Shown piece after piece: positions 36,901 to 45,799 of a stretch of 64,000 nt of DNA. A program made the position numbers and the translations under genes. A model generated the notes under the pieces. That model saw only the letters and a program-made list of their open reading frames with translations. It made no database searches and was not told where the DNA came from. The stretch spans positions 5,989-69,988 of the forward strand of contig JBCCNE010000001.1 of assembly GCA_039026015.1 (NCBI GenBank), given 5' to 3'. Numbering within the stretch: the first letter of the stretch is position 1; each line of letters starts with the position of its first letter. Source of the DNA: Cyanobacteria bacterium P01_C01_bin.70. GTDB taxonomy: Bacteria; Cyanobacteriota; Cyanobacteriia; Phormidesmidales; Phormidesmidaceae.

Positions 36901-39348
36901 CACTTGGGTTAGCGGCTTGGTCTGACTCTTGGCATCTACCACTTCCAGATACACCGGCCCGGTAAACTCGCTGGGCGTATTACTGTTGTCAGAGATCGCC
37001 TCCATTCTTGCGAGGGGCCGAGCATCCAAATCCAGCTGATCCGCTTCCAGGATGTTTTCACCCATCGCCCGCGCCTGGTCTACCAAGTCCCGGTACTCTG
37101 ACTCAATCAAGCTGTAGAGGGCTTCTTGCTCTGCGATCGACAGCAATGGAATCCGCCCTGTGACCTTCTTAATCAGAGCGATATTGGAGGCATCGTTGTC
37201 TGCCTGAGCCACCGGGAAATCCAGCTGGGCGTTAAGTTCCGGGTCGTCATTTAGCAGTTCAGTGATCACCTGTTCGCCGTAGGGATTCATAAAATCCACC
37301 ACGGTATTGAACGAGATATCGGTCTCCCGTGCTGCTGTGGTGTTGGCGTTGAGGCTGGCCATCTTGCGACAGAGAATTGCGCCGGGCCGCTTTTCAGCAG
37401 GCAAGTCCCCCATCAGCAATGTGTAGCTCGGCAAGGCCACCTGCCCGGTACGATGCACGCGCCCCAGCATCTGCATGAACACATTGATGTCCCGCTCAGC
37501 CTGAGCCACAATCATGTGGCGGGGACGCTGGTCCGCAAACTTCTCCGAAGCATGGAGCGAAATCCCCGTGGACCCGGAGCAGTTCAACAGAATGACATCA
37601 GCATCGCCCGCATTAAATTTGGCGACTGCATCAATCTTGCCCTTGGCCGTCGTCTCCTGATCAGCCCGCAGACGGTAAGTCATGGAGCCATCGGCAGCGT
37701 ATTCGATGCCCGCTTTGCGTCCGGTGACTTCCGTGACGCGATACCCAGTTCGCTCTAGCTGCTGTTCAATGTAGTCAATCGGGCTAATGGGAATGCCACT
37801 GAAGTCCGCTTCTCGAATCGCGTCCAGGGCCGCTTCGTAAGCCAGCACGCCCTCAGCTCCTAGTTGTTCGTCGGTGAGGCGCGATCGCGTCGCTTTGCCC
37901 CGATAGTCTTTCACGACGACATCGCGGGAGCGGTCTAGATATCGCTCTAGCAAGTTGCCAAAGGAGAGATTCAGTTCATCGCCGGGATTCAAGCCTTGGG
38001 CATCGGCATACGCCTGGATGAAACTGCCCATGGTGTTGGCAACGGTGATGACCGGCTTTTCACCCTTTTGTAGTGCGGCGATCGCGGCTTGTACGGTAGC
38101 ATCCGCTTTCTGCGCCAACAGCCCCTGCTCAATGCAGTTGTGCATCAAGGAGGTAAAGTTCGTACTCTTCGCCCCCACCTCACCGATCGCCCCATCCTCT
38201 CCCAGCGCTTTGGCTTCGGCTTTCAGTTCTTTGCTGATGGTTTTGACCGCTTTCTGTTTGGCTCGATCAAAGTCTTTGATGGCCCGCATCGCTGCTGAAA
38301 AGTCATCGGCGACGGCCCGATCCACCGGCACCGTTGTTGCCTGAAAGGAAATGCCCTCGTAGGAGCGCTCTCGCCTGAGCATCTGCCCTGAGGCAACGAA
38401 TTTGCTGGCGACAATCTGCTGCAAGGGCACGCCACCATGGGTGAGGATGTTCTCCAATGCGGTCATGCTGCTGACCCCCAGTCGCAAATCGGTGCGCCGA
38501 GCGTAGAGATCCATCACGTCAGGCCGTTTAGCATAGGTAGCTGATGAGTAGAACACCCCGGAGGACAGGTCGATCAACTCCCGCACAAAGTTAGCTCGAT
38601 CTGGTGGTCCCGCTTCTTTCCACCCGCCCTTGCTGCCACCCGCCTGGTGAGCTTCGTCCAGAATCAAGATGGCGTTGGGAGCCATCTGGCGCAGGAAGTT
38701 GCGCCGCAGGGGTTCCTTCTTACCCACCGTTTGGAGCTGGCTGTAGGTGGTAAACACTGCACTGTAATGCCCCAGGTTTCCCCGCTGCATCATCGCCTGC
38801 ATTTCTTTCTTTTGCTTGGCGGCCCCTGCCGTCTTTAATGCGGCCCCATTCGCCAGGGGAATTTCGGTACTGGTGTCAGTGATGAAGGGGGTAAATCGTC
38901 GTATCCCGATGTCGCCAACATCCCGCATCATGTCAGCGTAGAGCGGCTTATCCTTGGTGATGGAGATGGCGATCTTCCCCTGATGCTGGGCATAGCGCAT
39001 GATGCTGGCGCAGATGCGGCCTTTGCCGATGCCGGTTTGGTCGCCCGTGATGAATCCGGCCCCCTGTTCCAGATTTCCGATCGCCAGGGCAGCCGCATCC
39101 ACCTGCTCAGCGCTGAAGTACTGATGCAGTTCAGCGACTGAGCCATAGCCTAAACGAGTGGCCAAGTATTCATCGATATTGCCATGGCGTTGCTCAAATC
39201 GTTCCAGCGCCTGCTGCGCCGCACTGGCCATGTTGTAGGGAATCAGAGTTTGAGTGGAGAAACCCTGACTTTTGGGGACATACGGCACCTGCCGGGGTTG
39301 AACGTCATAAGCATCTGCCGTTGCGCCGGTTGAGAGAGGAGTATTCAT
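33958..39348 (-). CDS. Mirror copy: Strawberry-notch helicase/Toprim protein
   Basis: Identical translation to 28447-33837. Confidence 0.88.
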   Translation of the reverse strand: MNTPLSTGATADAYDVQPRQVPYVPKSQGFSTQTLIPYNMASAAQQALERFEQRHGNIDEYLATRLGYGSVAELHQYFSAEQVDAAALAIGNLEQGAGFITGDQTGIGKGRICASIMRYAQHQGKIAISITKDKPLYADMMRDVGDIGIRRFTPFITDTSTEIPLANGAALKTAGAAKQKKEMQAMMQRGNLGHYSAVFTTYSQLQTVGKKEPLRRNFLRQMAPNAILILDEAHQAGGSKGGWKEAGPPDRANFVRELIDLSSGVFYSSATYAKRPDVMDLYARRTDLRLGVSSMTALENILTHGGVPLQQIVASKFVASGQMLRRERSYEGISFQATTVPVDRAVADDFSAAMRAIKDFDRAKQKAVKTISKELKAEAKALGEDGAIGEVGAKSTNFTSLMHNCIEQGLLAQKADATVQAAIAALQKGEKPVITVANTMGSFIQAYADAQGLNPGDELNLSFGNLLERYLDRSRDVVVKDYRGKATRSRLTDEQLGAEGVLAYEAALDAIREADFSGIPISPIDYIEQQLERTGYRVTEVTGRKAGIEYAADGSMTYRLRADQETTAKGKIDAVAKFNAGDADVILLNCSGSTGISLHASEKFADQRPRHMIVAQAERDINVFMQMLGRVHRTGQVALPSYTLLMGDLPAEKRPGAILCRKMASLNANTTAARETDISFNTVVDFMNPYGEQVITELLNDDPELNAQLDFPVAQADNDASNIALIKKVTGRIPLLSIAEQEALYSLIESEYRDLVDQARAMGENILEADQLDLDARPLARMEAISDNSNTPSEFTGPVYLEVVDAKSQTKPLTQVQMINAVRESVGLETVKAVELHDPGAVAERTRQQANSALASLQTETEQYRQIALAGKQDPKARDKLNDRLDQQLIHVTQVLGEFPPGTPLRLVTPASQTIFYGVVASVDAKPRSGSPAAPNRWKIRILLADSVRQLTVPLSKFNTGRSGALVATVQTEDWLGNDVYGLFDQQQSAGRMNRQIFTGNLIKAFEKYPSGKLVNYTDYKCRVRQGLMMPKGFDIQDEIKQEPVAFSTPQQVIQFIAQETDRRGIVKTLDELLILKAQFNGDGFVLQTPKSKESGGRYFLDEGLITAAGSDFYSVGNSRTERLRQRMEVVIPPARLEQILAVLMHQRHYTLASFESKDIARKLLGVSLPKLETVEAPAPEPRRVIEPPPATPSPSPVGQAPAPPIKLMGQLERRILKFLREAGIEDAVMHTDEFHMRIENEPYIPLVVERQGDELYLTHYLTQNGDMFIDAEMVFTVLPEGQLRFKETAVQSLVGGESRRPDRSFAQMFSKNIVNQGFATAAKVQLQGQSQRREAAAGSELPEFQEQNLFDVDAFAAGSSNAPSSETDPWSASPAPPSSSPSTHSPPSHPLHRPALTSPLPAPSLKEIADEVREADLEAVAANLGLELDRYDKHKWRDGDHIISISGPLFMDWLADQGGRGAIDLVMHVQQIEFKEAVEWLSGQDLSQRPAHIRVHAQAEEREPRQLVMPDSSEYRWQAVREYLVETRKLPAALIDRLHERGLIYADNHQNAVFVRHSLKKSTWARGEVTGASLRGTWGEDNHYHGMVPGSARDQGWFWIGAGRGAVQRVLLTESPIDAMSLAVLDKERPTQAGVTIYLSSDGSGGVPKEALKTVLAQSGHVTAAFDADRAGELMAWQLAQQLPGVARLAPEQDKDWNMQLVHPQGRDAGQQKHFDLGQLWRWHGAANSLGRSEGYLSRITEVAREIVEGAALSAKAKVTMERDFNAAADVGKKATPESSLDMKIERFPGLEMES

Positions 39349-39731
39349 GGGACTCTCCTGATGAAGCGTTACGGGGTCAGGTCGGTGAGCCATTCCTCCA
39401 ACGAAGTCTCGTCGTGAAGGGCTAGCCAGTCGGGATAGTTCGGGTGACTCGGCGCGATCGCTCTGGTGGGAAACGTCAGACCGTAATGCCGCATCCGATC
39501 TCGAAATCGCCAGTTACTCAGAATCAAGGTTGTGCTCCACTGCTGTCGCCACTGGCTCAGGGTGAACTCCAAATCGTCGTCCGGTTCCAGAATGGGGATT
39601 TCCTGAGCTGAATCGAGCTGGCTGAGGCTGCGCCGACATCGCGCCCCCGCAGTTGCAAACGACAGAGGCATTCCAGATGGGATTCATCTTCAAACGGGCG
39701 AAAGGTAAAGCGTTGCGTGCCCAGTCGTGGT

Positions 39732-40043
39732 TTATTCATGACGTTTTAACTGATGACGCTGATAGGACACATGGCCTCGCTTCCACTGCGGGACGCGAAT
39801 AAACTTGTGGGTGAATCGCCAGGTCTTTTCGCCCACCACCACCCACCAAGTGGAAACACCCCACAAACTGAGCAATAGAAATAGGACAAAGCCGAGGCTA
39901 AGTAGGACTTCAATTAGGACGTAGAAGCCGACGAGAATGGCTCCAGAGGGAGCCAGCAGATTGGCGGGAATCGGGCCGAGGGAAGGGTTTTTGCCCAAGC
40001 TGGGATTGACCCGACAAAACAAGCGGGAGGGTTCATCACTCAT
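39732..40043 (-). CDS. Mirror copy: VirB3-like protein
   Basis: Identical to 27752-28063. Confidence 0.6.
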   Translation of the reverse strand: MSDEPSRLFCRVNPSLGKNPSLGPIPANLLAPSGAILVGFYVLIEVLLSLGFVLFLLLSLWGVSTWWVVVGEKTWRFTHKFIRVPQWKRGHVSYQRHQLKRHE

Positions 40044-40056
40044 GACCAGCCCTCCT

Positions 40057-40530
40057 TCAAGCCGTACCGAAGAAAAGGCGGCTCAGTCCTTCCACAATCA
40101 CCACGGCAGCAATGATGATGAAGGCGTTTTGCAGCAGCGGCTGCCACTGCTCGCCCCGCTGAGCCTGATACACCGCGAAGAACACAAAACCCACAGCCGA
40201 GACCCAAATGACGATGCGGAGCACGCCAAAGATAAAGGCGATGATGCCGCTATCAAGGTATTCACCAAACAGGGTTTGGGCTTGGCTTTCCACCGTGTCG
40301 AACAGCTGCGCCATCGCCGGGTTGGCATGACTGGTAATGGCGGTAAAAAGCAGCAGTCCGGCCACTATGCCGAACAGTCGCCACCCTCTCAGAGTCCGAA
40401 GACGAGAATATTGGGGACTAATGAGCGGTAACGGCAACAAGAATATGAACAGCCCCAGACTCAGCGCTGGGAAAGGCAGACGCCAAAACCAGGTGGGCCA
40501 ATGACCCAGTTGAGCGAGCAAAACTTTCAT
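40057..40530 (-). CDS. Mirror copy: pilin-like protein
   Basis: Identical to 27265-27738. Confidence 0.6.
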   Translation of the reverse strand: MKVLLAQLGHWPTWFWRLPFPALSLGLFIFLLPLPLISPQYSRLRTLRGWRLFGIVAGLLLFTAITSHANPAMAQLFDTVESQAQTLFGEYLDSGIIAFIFGVLRIVIWVSAVGFVFFAVYQAQRGEQWQPLLQNAFIIIAAVVIVEGLSRLFFGTA

Positions 40531-40989
40531 GACACCTACTCCACAGCGAATCGAAGTAGGTAGATAACGCCCTGAACGACAGTGAGTGAGCCATGACTTG
40601 AGCCAGAAAGCGAGAATTGCCTGCAGGTTCAGCACTCACTTTAGATAAGTAATACTATTCTTTTTTAAGTACTACTAAATCATACTGTAGCAATCTTTCT
40701 GAAAAGTAAAGCAGGTTTTAGATTTTGTTTGGAAAGTGCTGTCTGCCAACACGTGAGCTGTTTACTTCTGTATTCACAAGCCATGTTAAAAATGATGCCT
40801 TCTGGGCAGTGGTCAACAATCCGGTTGAGGAGAACGGTAAAATCTGGTTTACCGCTCTGACTTTGTGGGAGAACTCGTGGATGAAGCTGACATAAAGTCA
40901 ATGTCGTTCTAAAGGAATGACTGAATAGTTTTTATGAAGCTTCTTCGTGCCTTTTTATCCTACTCAGTAGGAGGTTAGGATATATCTAG

Positions 40990-41451
40990 TTGCTCTTATT
41001 ACGACAAATCATCGTGAATTCCCCGACCTCTCGCAGCAAGAACAAATCCTCGGTGACCTCTCAGGAATCAGAGGGGGGCTGTCGTCCGACGTTTTATATG
41101 AGCGCGGAGCTGCTGGCGGCGATGGAGGCGCAATGTGAAGCGGAAGGCAATAAAAAGCGATCGCCCTTCTTGGCTGAATTGTTGGAATTACTCCTGACTA
41201 GCGAAACTGGAGAGCAACTCAGGGAAAGTGCCCAAAAGCATCGTCGTCCCCTCATTCACGAACTCGAAGCAAATCTAGTGCTATTCAATGAGCACATCCC
41301 GGCGGAACGGATTGCGGAACTTGCCGAAGCAAGTCAGCGTCATCCCGACCAAATGTTGGTGCGTCTGGTGTTACTGGGGCTAAGAGTCTACGAAAGAGCC
41401 ATGGCTCGTATGGAAGCTGAGATTGAGGATGGTCAAGACGTGGTGTCGTAA
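40990..41451 (+). CDS. Mirror copy: hypothetical (RHH-like)
   Basis: Identical to 26344-26805. Confidence 0.6.
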   Translation: MLLLRQIIVNSPTSRSKNKSSVTSQESEGGCRPTFYMSAELLAAMEAQCEAEGNKKRSPFLAELLELLLTSETGEQLRESAQKHRRPLIHELEANLVLFNEHIPAERIAELAEASQRHPDQMLVRLVLLGLRVYERAMARMEAEIEDGQDVVS

Positions 41452-41634
41452 TGAGTCCTCTAATAACCACAGCATGGCTCCCGATGAATGTTGCGAGATG
41501 AGTTTCAGGAGTGCATGGGAAACCAATTCAGGATAGGAATTCTTCTCGAAGCGGGTGAGGTAGGTAGCACAAGATAAGTTGCCACTGGGCTGGAGTTGAG
41601 GTGATTTGCCCATAGTGAGCAAGGCAGCCACGTC

Positions 41635-42102
41635 ATGGCCCGATTTTTAACGCGATGCTATGCGGCAGTCACTTGGCTGGAGGCCTTGAGACTAGCGGCA
41701 CTGGATCAAACCCAGATCGCTTCTATCCGCCAAGCTCCAAATGCTGAATTGGTGCATCGGACTGAATGGTGGGCTTGGTGGTCGGATGAGCGATTAACAA
41801 CGGCGATCGGGTTGCCGGAGTCATTGTGTCCGGAGTCGCTATCGCCCGATGCAGTGGCCCTGATTTCAGAGGTATGGGAAAGTGAATCGCCTGCGCCTCA
41901 GTGTGGGTGGCGGACATTAGCGACAGTTCAACAAGTCTTGCAGTCAGAAGACCTGCCTACGGGTAGGGAACCCGAGAGTTTCAGTTCGAGAGTAAGCGTC
42001 ACCAAGCTGACGGTTGCCTTTCCCAATCAACGGCAGAATATCTTATATCGCTACAGCCAATTTCTTGAAGAAAGCTATCTATGTGACATTCGTTGGAACT
42101 AG
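41635..42102 (+). CDS. Mirror copy: hypothetical protein
   Basis: Identical to 25693-26160. Confidence 0.6.
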   Translation: MARFLTRCYAAVTWLEALRLAALDQTQIASIRQAPNAELVHRTEWWAWWSDERLTTAIGLPESLCPESLSPDAVALISEVWESESPAPQCGWRTLATVQQVLQSEDLPTGREPESFSSRVSVTKLTVAFPNQRQNILYRYSQFLEESYLCDIRWN

Positions 42103-42416
42103 GGTGTGTAGATGCTGGGAAGACTGACTCGATAGTTTGCAATGGCAGGGAGCTAGAACGCTCAGTAGATTCGTCGCTAGATGGAAATTGTGGGGCTGGA
42201 GCTGCGGGGCATTTCCTGTCTACTGCCGGAGTTGGTGCCGCCATGACAAAGGTCTTGTAGTGTGTCCAGATCGCTTGGGCTTCTGGTGACGGGGTTGCGG
42301 GAGGTGAGAGAAGCTGTTGCCACCCATACAATATTAGAGTGACCTGTAAACTGTGTCGGAATGGGCTGGCCGCCCCGTTTCTGAAAGTTTTTGTTGCCAC
42401 TGACTGCTTCAGCCGG

Positions 42417-43643
42417 TTACGCAAGAGCCCTGGGGGCAACACAGACCACTCGAAAACCGATGACATCAGAGGCTTTGCGCGGGTCACTGAAGTCACGATA
42501 GGCAGAACGACAAATCTTCGGGTTAAAGTCCCAGGCACCACCTCGCAAAACACGAGGTCGAGCGGCCTGAATTTTTTTGTCAAGCCAAGCACGACCATCT
42601 GTAGGCGCACCCTCATAGTTGTCATGCCAGTTATCTAAGCACCACTCTAAAACGTTGCCATGCATATCTGCTAAGCCAAAGCCATTGGCAAAAGTAAAGG
42701 TATCAAACGGAGTTGTGCCTTCGTATGTGCCAGCAACTCCCTCTTCTGCAGAGTTATCAAAGTTGGCCAAATCACTGGTTAGCTTGCTACCGAAATGGAA
42801 GGGGGTTGTCGTGTGGGCGCGGCAGGCATATTCCCACTCAGCCTCACTGGGTAAACGGTATGTACGGCCTGTGGAGTTAGAAAGGCGATCGCAAAATTCT
42901 GTTGCGTCGTACCAAGTGATACTTTCGACGGGACGTTTTTCACCTTTGTAGTAAGCCGGATCAGGGTTGAGTTTTTGATTGTGTTGGGGCATGGCGGCGA
43001 CTGCTCGCCACTGAGATTGAGTGATCGGATAACACCCCATGAAAAGGCCCGAGACCACAACTCGGTGTTGAGGGCGTTCATTGTCGTTGCTATCAGAGTC
43101 ATCATCGGCAGAGCCCATGTCAAACTCGCCTCCGGGCACCCAGATCATGTCTAGACCCACTTTGTCGCTAAGTTGCTCAGTAAAGTAACGAGCGGTTTTG
43201 GTTTCGGGCTTAAAGACTAAGGTGTTTGTAGAAGGCTCTTCGACTTGAAGAGTTGTAGCTGAGCTGCTTGCAGCAGCCTCCAAAACTTGAAAAGCCCCAT
43301 CAGAGAAACTGCTCTCTTGCTTTAAAGAAAAAGGTATTGCTAACGTATCATCAACATTGAATTTCTTGATTTCCTCTTTAAAGGCATGATCAAGCTTGTG
43401 ATTTACCCACACGAGAAACTCTGATTTCGACGGGTCGTATTCGTCAATATTTCTTGCGATGTAGAGAAAAGTATTTTGTAGAGCATCGTGATAGAGTTCG
43501 GAGGGATAATCATAACGACCCGGACAATATAGTTCGTTAGAGACTCTGATGGCCTCTAATAAACGGGTTAATGCTTTTCTGCGCTCAACACTCTTTGGTA
43601 GAGATTGTCTGACTATTTCAACAAGACTTTGTAACGTTTCCAT
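42417..43643 (-). CDS. Mirror copy: sigma-like + FGE-sulfatase protein
   Basis: Identical to 24152-25378. Confidence 0.8.
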   Translation of the reverse strand: METLQSLVEIVRQSLPKSVERRKALTRLLEAIRVSNELYCPGRYDYPSELYHDALQNTFLYIARNIDEYDPSKSEFLVWVNHKLDHAFKEEIKKFNVDDTLAIPFSLKQESSFSDGAFQVLEAAASSSATTLQVEEPSTNTLVFKPETKTARYFTEQLSDKVGLDMIWVPGGEFDMGSADDDSDSNDNERPQHRVVVSGLFMGCYPITQSQWRAVAAMPQHNQKLNPDPAYYKGEKRPVESITWYDATEFCDRLSNSTGRTYRLPSEAEWEYACRAHTTTPFHFGSKLTSDLANFDNSAEEGVAGTYEGTTPFDTFTFANGFGLADMHGNVLEWCLDNWHDNYEGAPTDGRAWLDKKIQAARPRVLRGGAWDFNPKICRSAYRDFSDPRKASDVIGFRVVCVAPRALA

Positions 43644-43853
43644 AGTGATTTTAGGAAATGTGGATTTTCTATGTCAGAAATTTACAAACTTAGATAGGTA
43701 TCTCTTACTTCATAGGAAACAATATTCATGCAGTAAGACCGGGCAAACTTCGATCTCTCTACCAAGCTAACTGACCCCGGTTGATCTTTGGATACCGCAG
43801 GGTATTACCGGATCAGGTCTGGACTCTTTGCTGCACGCCCGACAGTCTGATGG

Positions 43854-45662
43854 CTATTCAATCAAGCCTCTTTGTTGCGCCCGCAAGCAACACGTAACTC
43901 GCAGGTTTCGTCCATCGGCTTTTTCAGCCTCTATATCAATACCTAGAACTTTGTATGATTCCTCCCATAGTGCTCGCACCTCTGCTTCTGAAATTTGAAG
44001 TTGTTGGGCGATCGCTCTATCCTGAAATCCCTCTTGACAAGCAAGAGTTAACAATCTCAGCAAGTTAGAACTTAAACCGGTTGTCTTGTTATTCGAGGCG
44101 GCATTTTCTAAATGCTCACGGCCTGTCTTGGAAACAACGCACACAACACGAAAACCTAAATTGTAGTTAAATTCACGCGGAAGCTCTGAGTCATAGTGGG
44201 CAGAACGACAATCCCTCGGAAGGCTGATCCAGGAACCACCACGAATGATACGAAACCTATTTTTCTCAGCCTTTTCATCGATCCAGGCGCTGCCATCTTT
44301 AGGCGCGCCCTCATAACTGCTGTGAGAATGATCGAGACACCACTCCCAGATATTGCCATGCATGTCGCATAGGCCAAAGCCATTGGTTACTTTGAAGTAA
44401 TCTACAGAGGTCGTTTGTCGCCGATATTCTCCCTTGGGGCCTCGACCATAAGAGCCAGACAAGGCGATATTCGGATTATCCGCACCATTGTAATTTGCCA
44501 CTGTGGTCGTGATGGTTTCGCCAAAGTGAAAGGGGGTTTTGGTGTCCGCACGGCAAGCATATTCCCACTCGGCCTCACTAGGAAGGCGGTAGGTGCGGCC
44601 TGTGTACAGGCTCAGTCTGTCGCAAAACTCTACTGCGTCGTACCAACTCACCCTTTCAACTGGATGCCTGTCTCCTTTGAAGCTGGAAGGGTCAGCCTTC
44701 AGCTCTCGATTCACTTGGGGTAAGTTCTCTGCTACCCAGCGCCACTCCACCTGTGTTACCGAGTACTTACCCATAAAGAATCCCGGTACCTGTACCTCGT
44801 GCTGCGGGCCTTCGTTGCTGTTCCGCTCTGGCTCATCCTCCGGCGACCCCATCAAAAAGCGCCCCACCGGGATTTGCATCATCTCAAGGTTTAGGTCAGC
44901 CGTCAGCCGTTCTCGATAGCCCTGCACAGTGGCGGGGCGACGACGCAGCTTAAGAGCTTGATCTGCCTCAAGCAGAATTTCATTATTTCTTAGATATAAG
45001 TCTGATGCTGTCTGAATTCTACTTTCATCTAAAGTATTCTCATCAGACTTTATGATTTCAAGAACTGTTTCCTCCGTTTCAACCTCAGACAAATTAGTAA
45101 CATTTGCTATTCTTGAAAGCCTTAGTTCTGAAGGTAACTCGCAGTTCTCTAGAAGAACCGGGATTATTTTTTGAATCTCTTCGTTCTGGTCAAGGGGTTC
45201 AACTACTAAGATGTTAGCTCGACGACCTAAAACTCTGACTTGCGTACCTTCAGCGAGGGTGATGGGGCGATCACAACAGGCGCGCCACCGTACACCATTC
45301 ATCCTCACCCGACCTAACTGACCCGGTCGAATTGTTGTTTTCACTTCCGCATCAGTGACAGTATCCCTCTCCAAAAAAAGACTTAGCCCAGTTGTTTGGT
45401 CATTAAACAACTGGATGTAATTTTTTGAGACTAGAAGCAAGGTAAGATCGCTCGCCTCAAGATCGTTAGAAGTCAAAGGGGAACTTTGTGAAAAGAAGCG
45501 ATCAGTCAATAGAGGTCCTACTTTCAAAGATTGCTCTATTGCCCGAGTTTTAGCTGTATATCCCTTATCTTCGAGCACCCAGGCGAACCAGTCAGCCCAG
45601 GCTTGGTCAGTGCTGGTATAGCTGATAAAGATGTCTTTCACAGCAGCGTCAGGGGTAGCCAT
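43854..45662 (-). CDS. Mirror copy: TIR/NfeD-FGE-HTH protein
   Basis: Identical to 22133-23941. Confidence 0.85.
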   Translation of the reverse strand: MATPDAAVKDIFISYTSTDQAWADWFAWVLEDKGYTAKTRAIEQSLKVGPLLTDRFFSQSSPLTSNDLEASDLTLLLVSKNYIQLFNDQTTGLSLFLERDTVTDAEVKTTIRPGQLGRVRMNGVRWRACCDRPITLAEGTQVRVLGRRANILVVEPLDQNEEIQKIIPVLLENCELPSELRLSRIANVTNLSEVETEETVLEIIKSDENTLDESRIQTASDLYLRNNEILLEADQALKLRRRPATVQGYRERLTADLNLEMMQIPVGRFLMGSPEDEPERNSNEGPQHEVQVPGFFMGKYSVTQVEWRWVAENLPQVNRELKADPSSFKGDRHPVERVSWYDAVEFCDRLSLYTGRTYRLPSEAEWEYACRADTKTPFHFGETITTTVANYNGADNPNIALSGSYGRGPKGEYRRQTTSVDYFKVTNGFGLCDMHGNIWEWCLDHSHSSYEGAPKDGSAWIDEKAEKNRFRIIRGGSWISLPRDCRSAHYDSELPREFNYNLGFRVVCVVSKTGREHLENAASNNKTTGLSSNLLRLLTLACQEGFQDRAIAQQLQISEAEVRALWEESYKVLGIDIEAEKADGRNLRVTCCLRAQQRGLIE

Positions 45663-45799
45663 GTCGCCATCATCATATCGCTCTCAGCCCAGCGAGCCGA
45701 TGCTGTGAGAGCCCAGGTTTCTGGGGACTCTCTCAAAAGGCCAAAAACTTTCGAGGTGCTACGCGCCAAAGAGAGTAAAAGGTAACAAGGGAGAAAGGG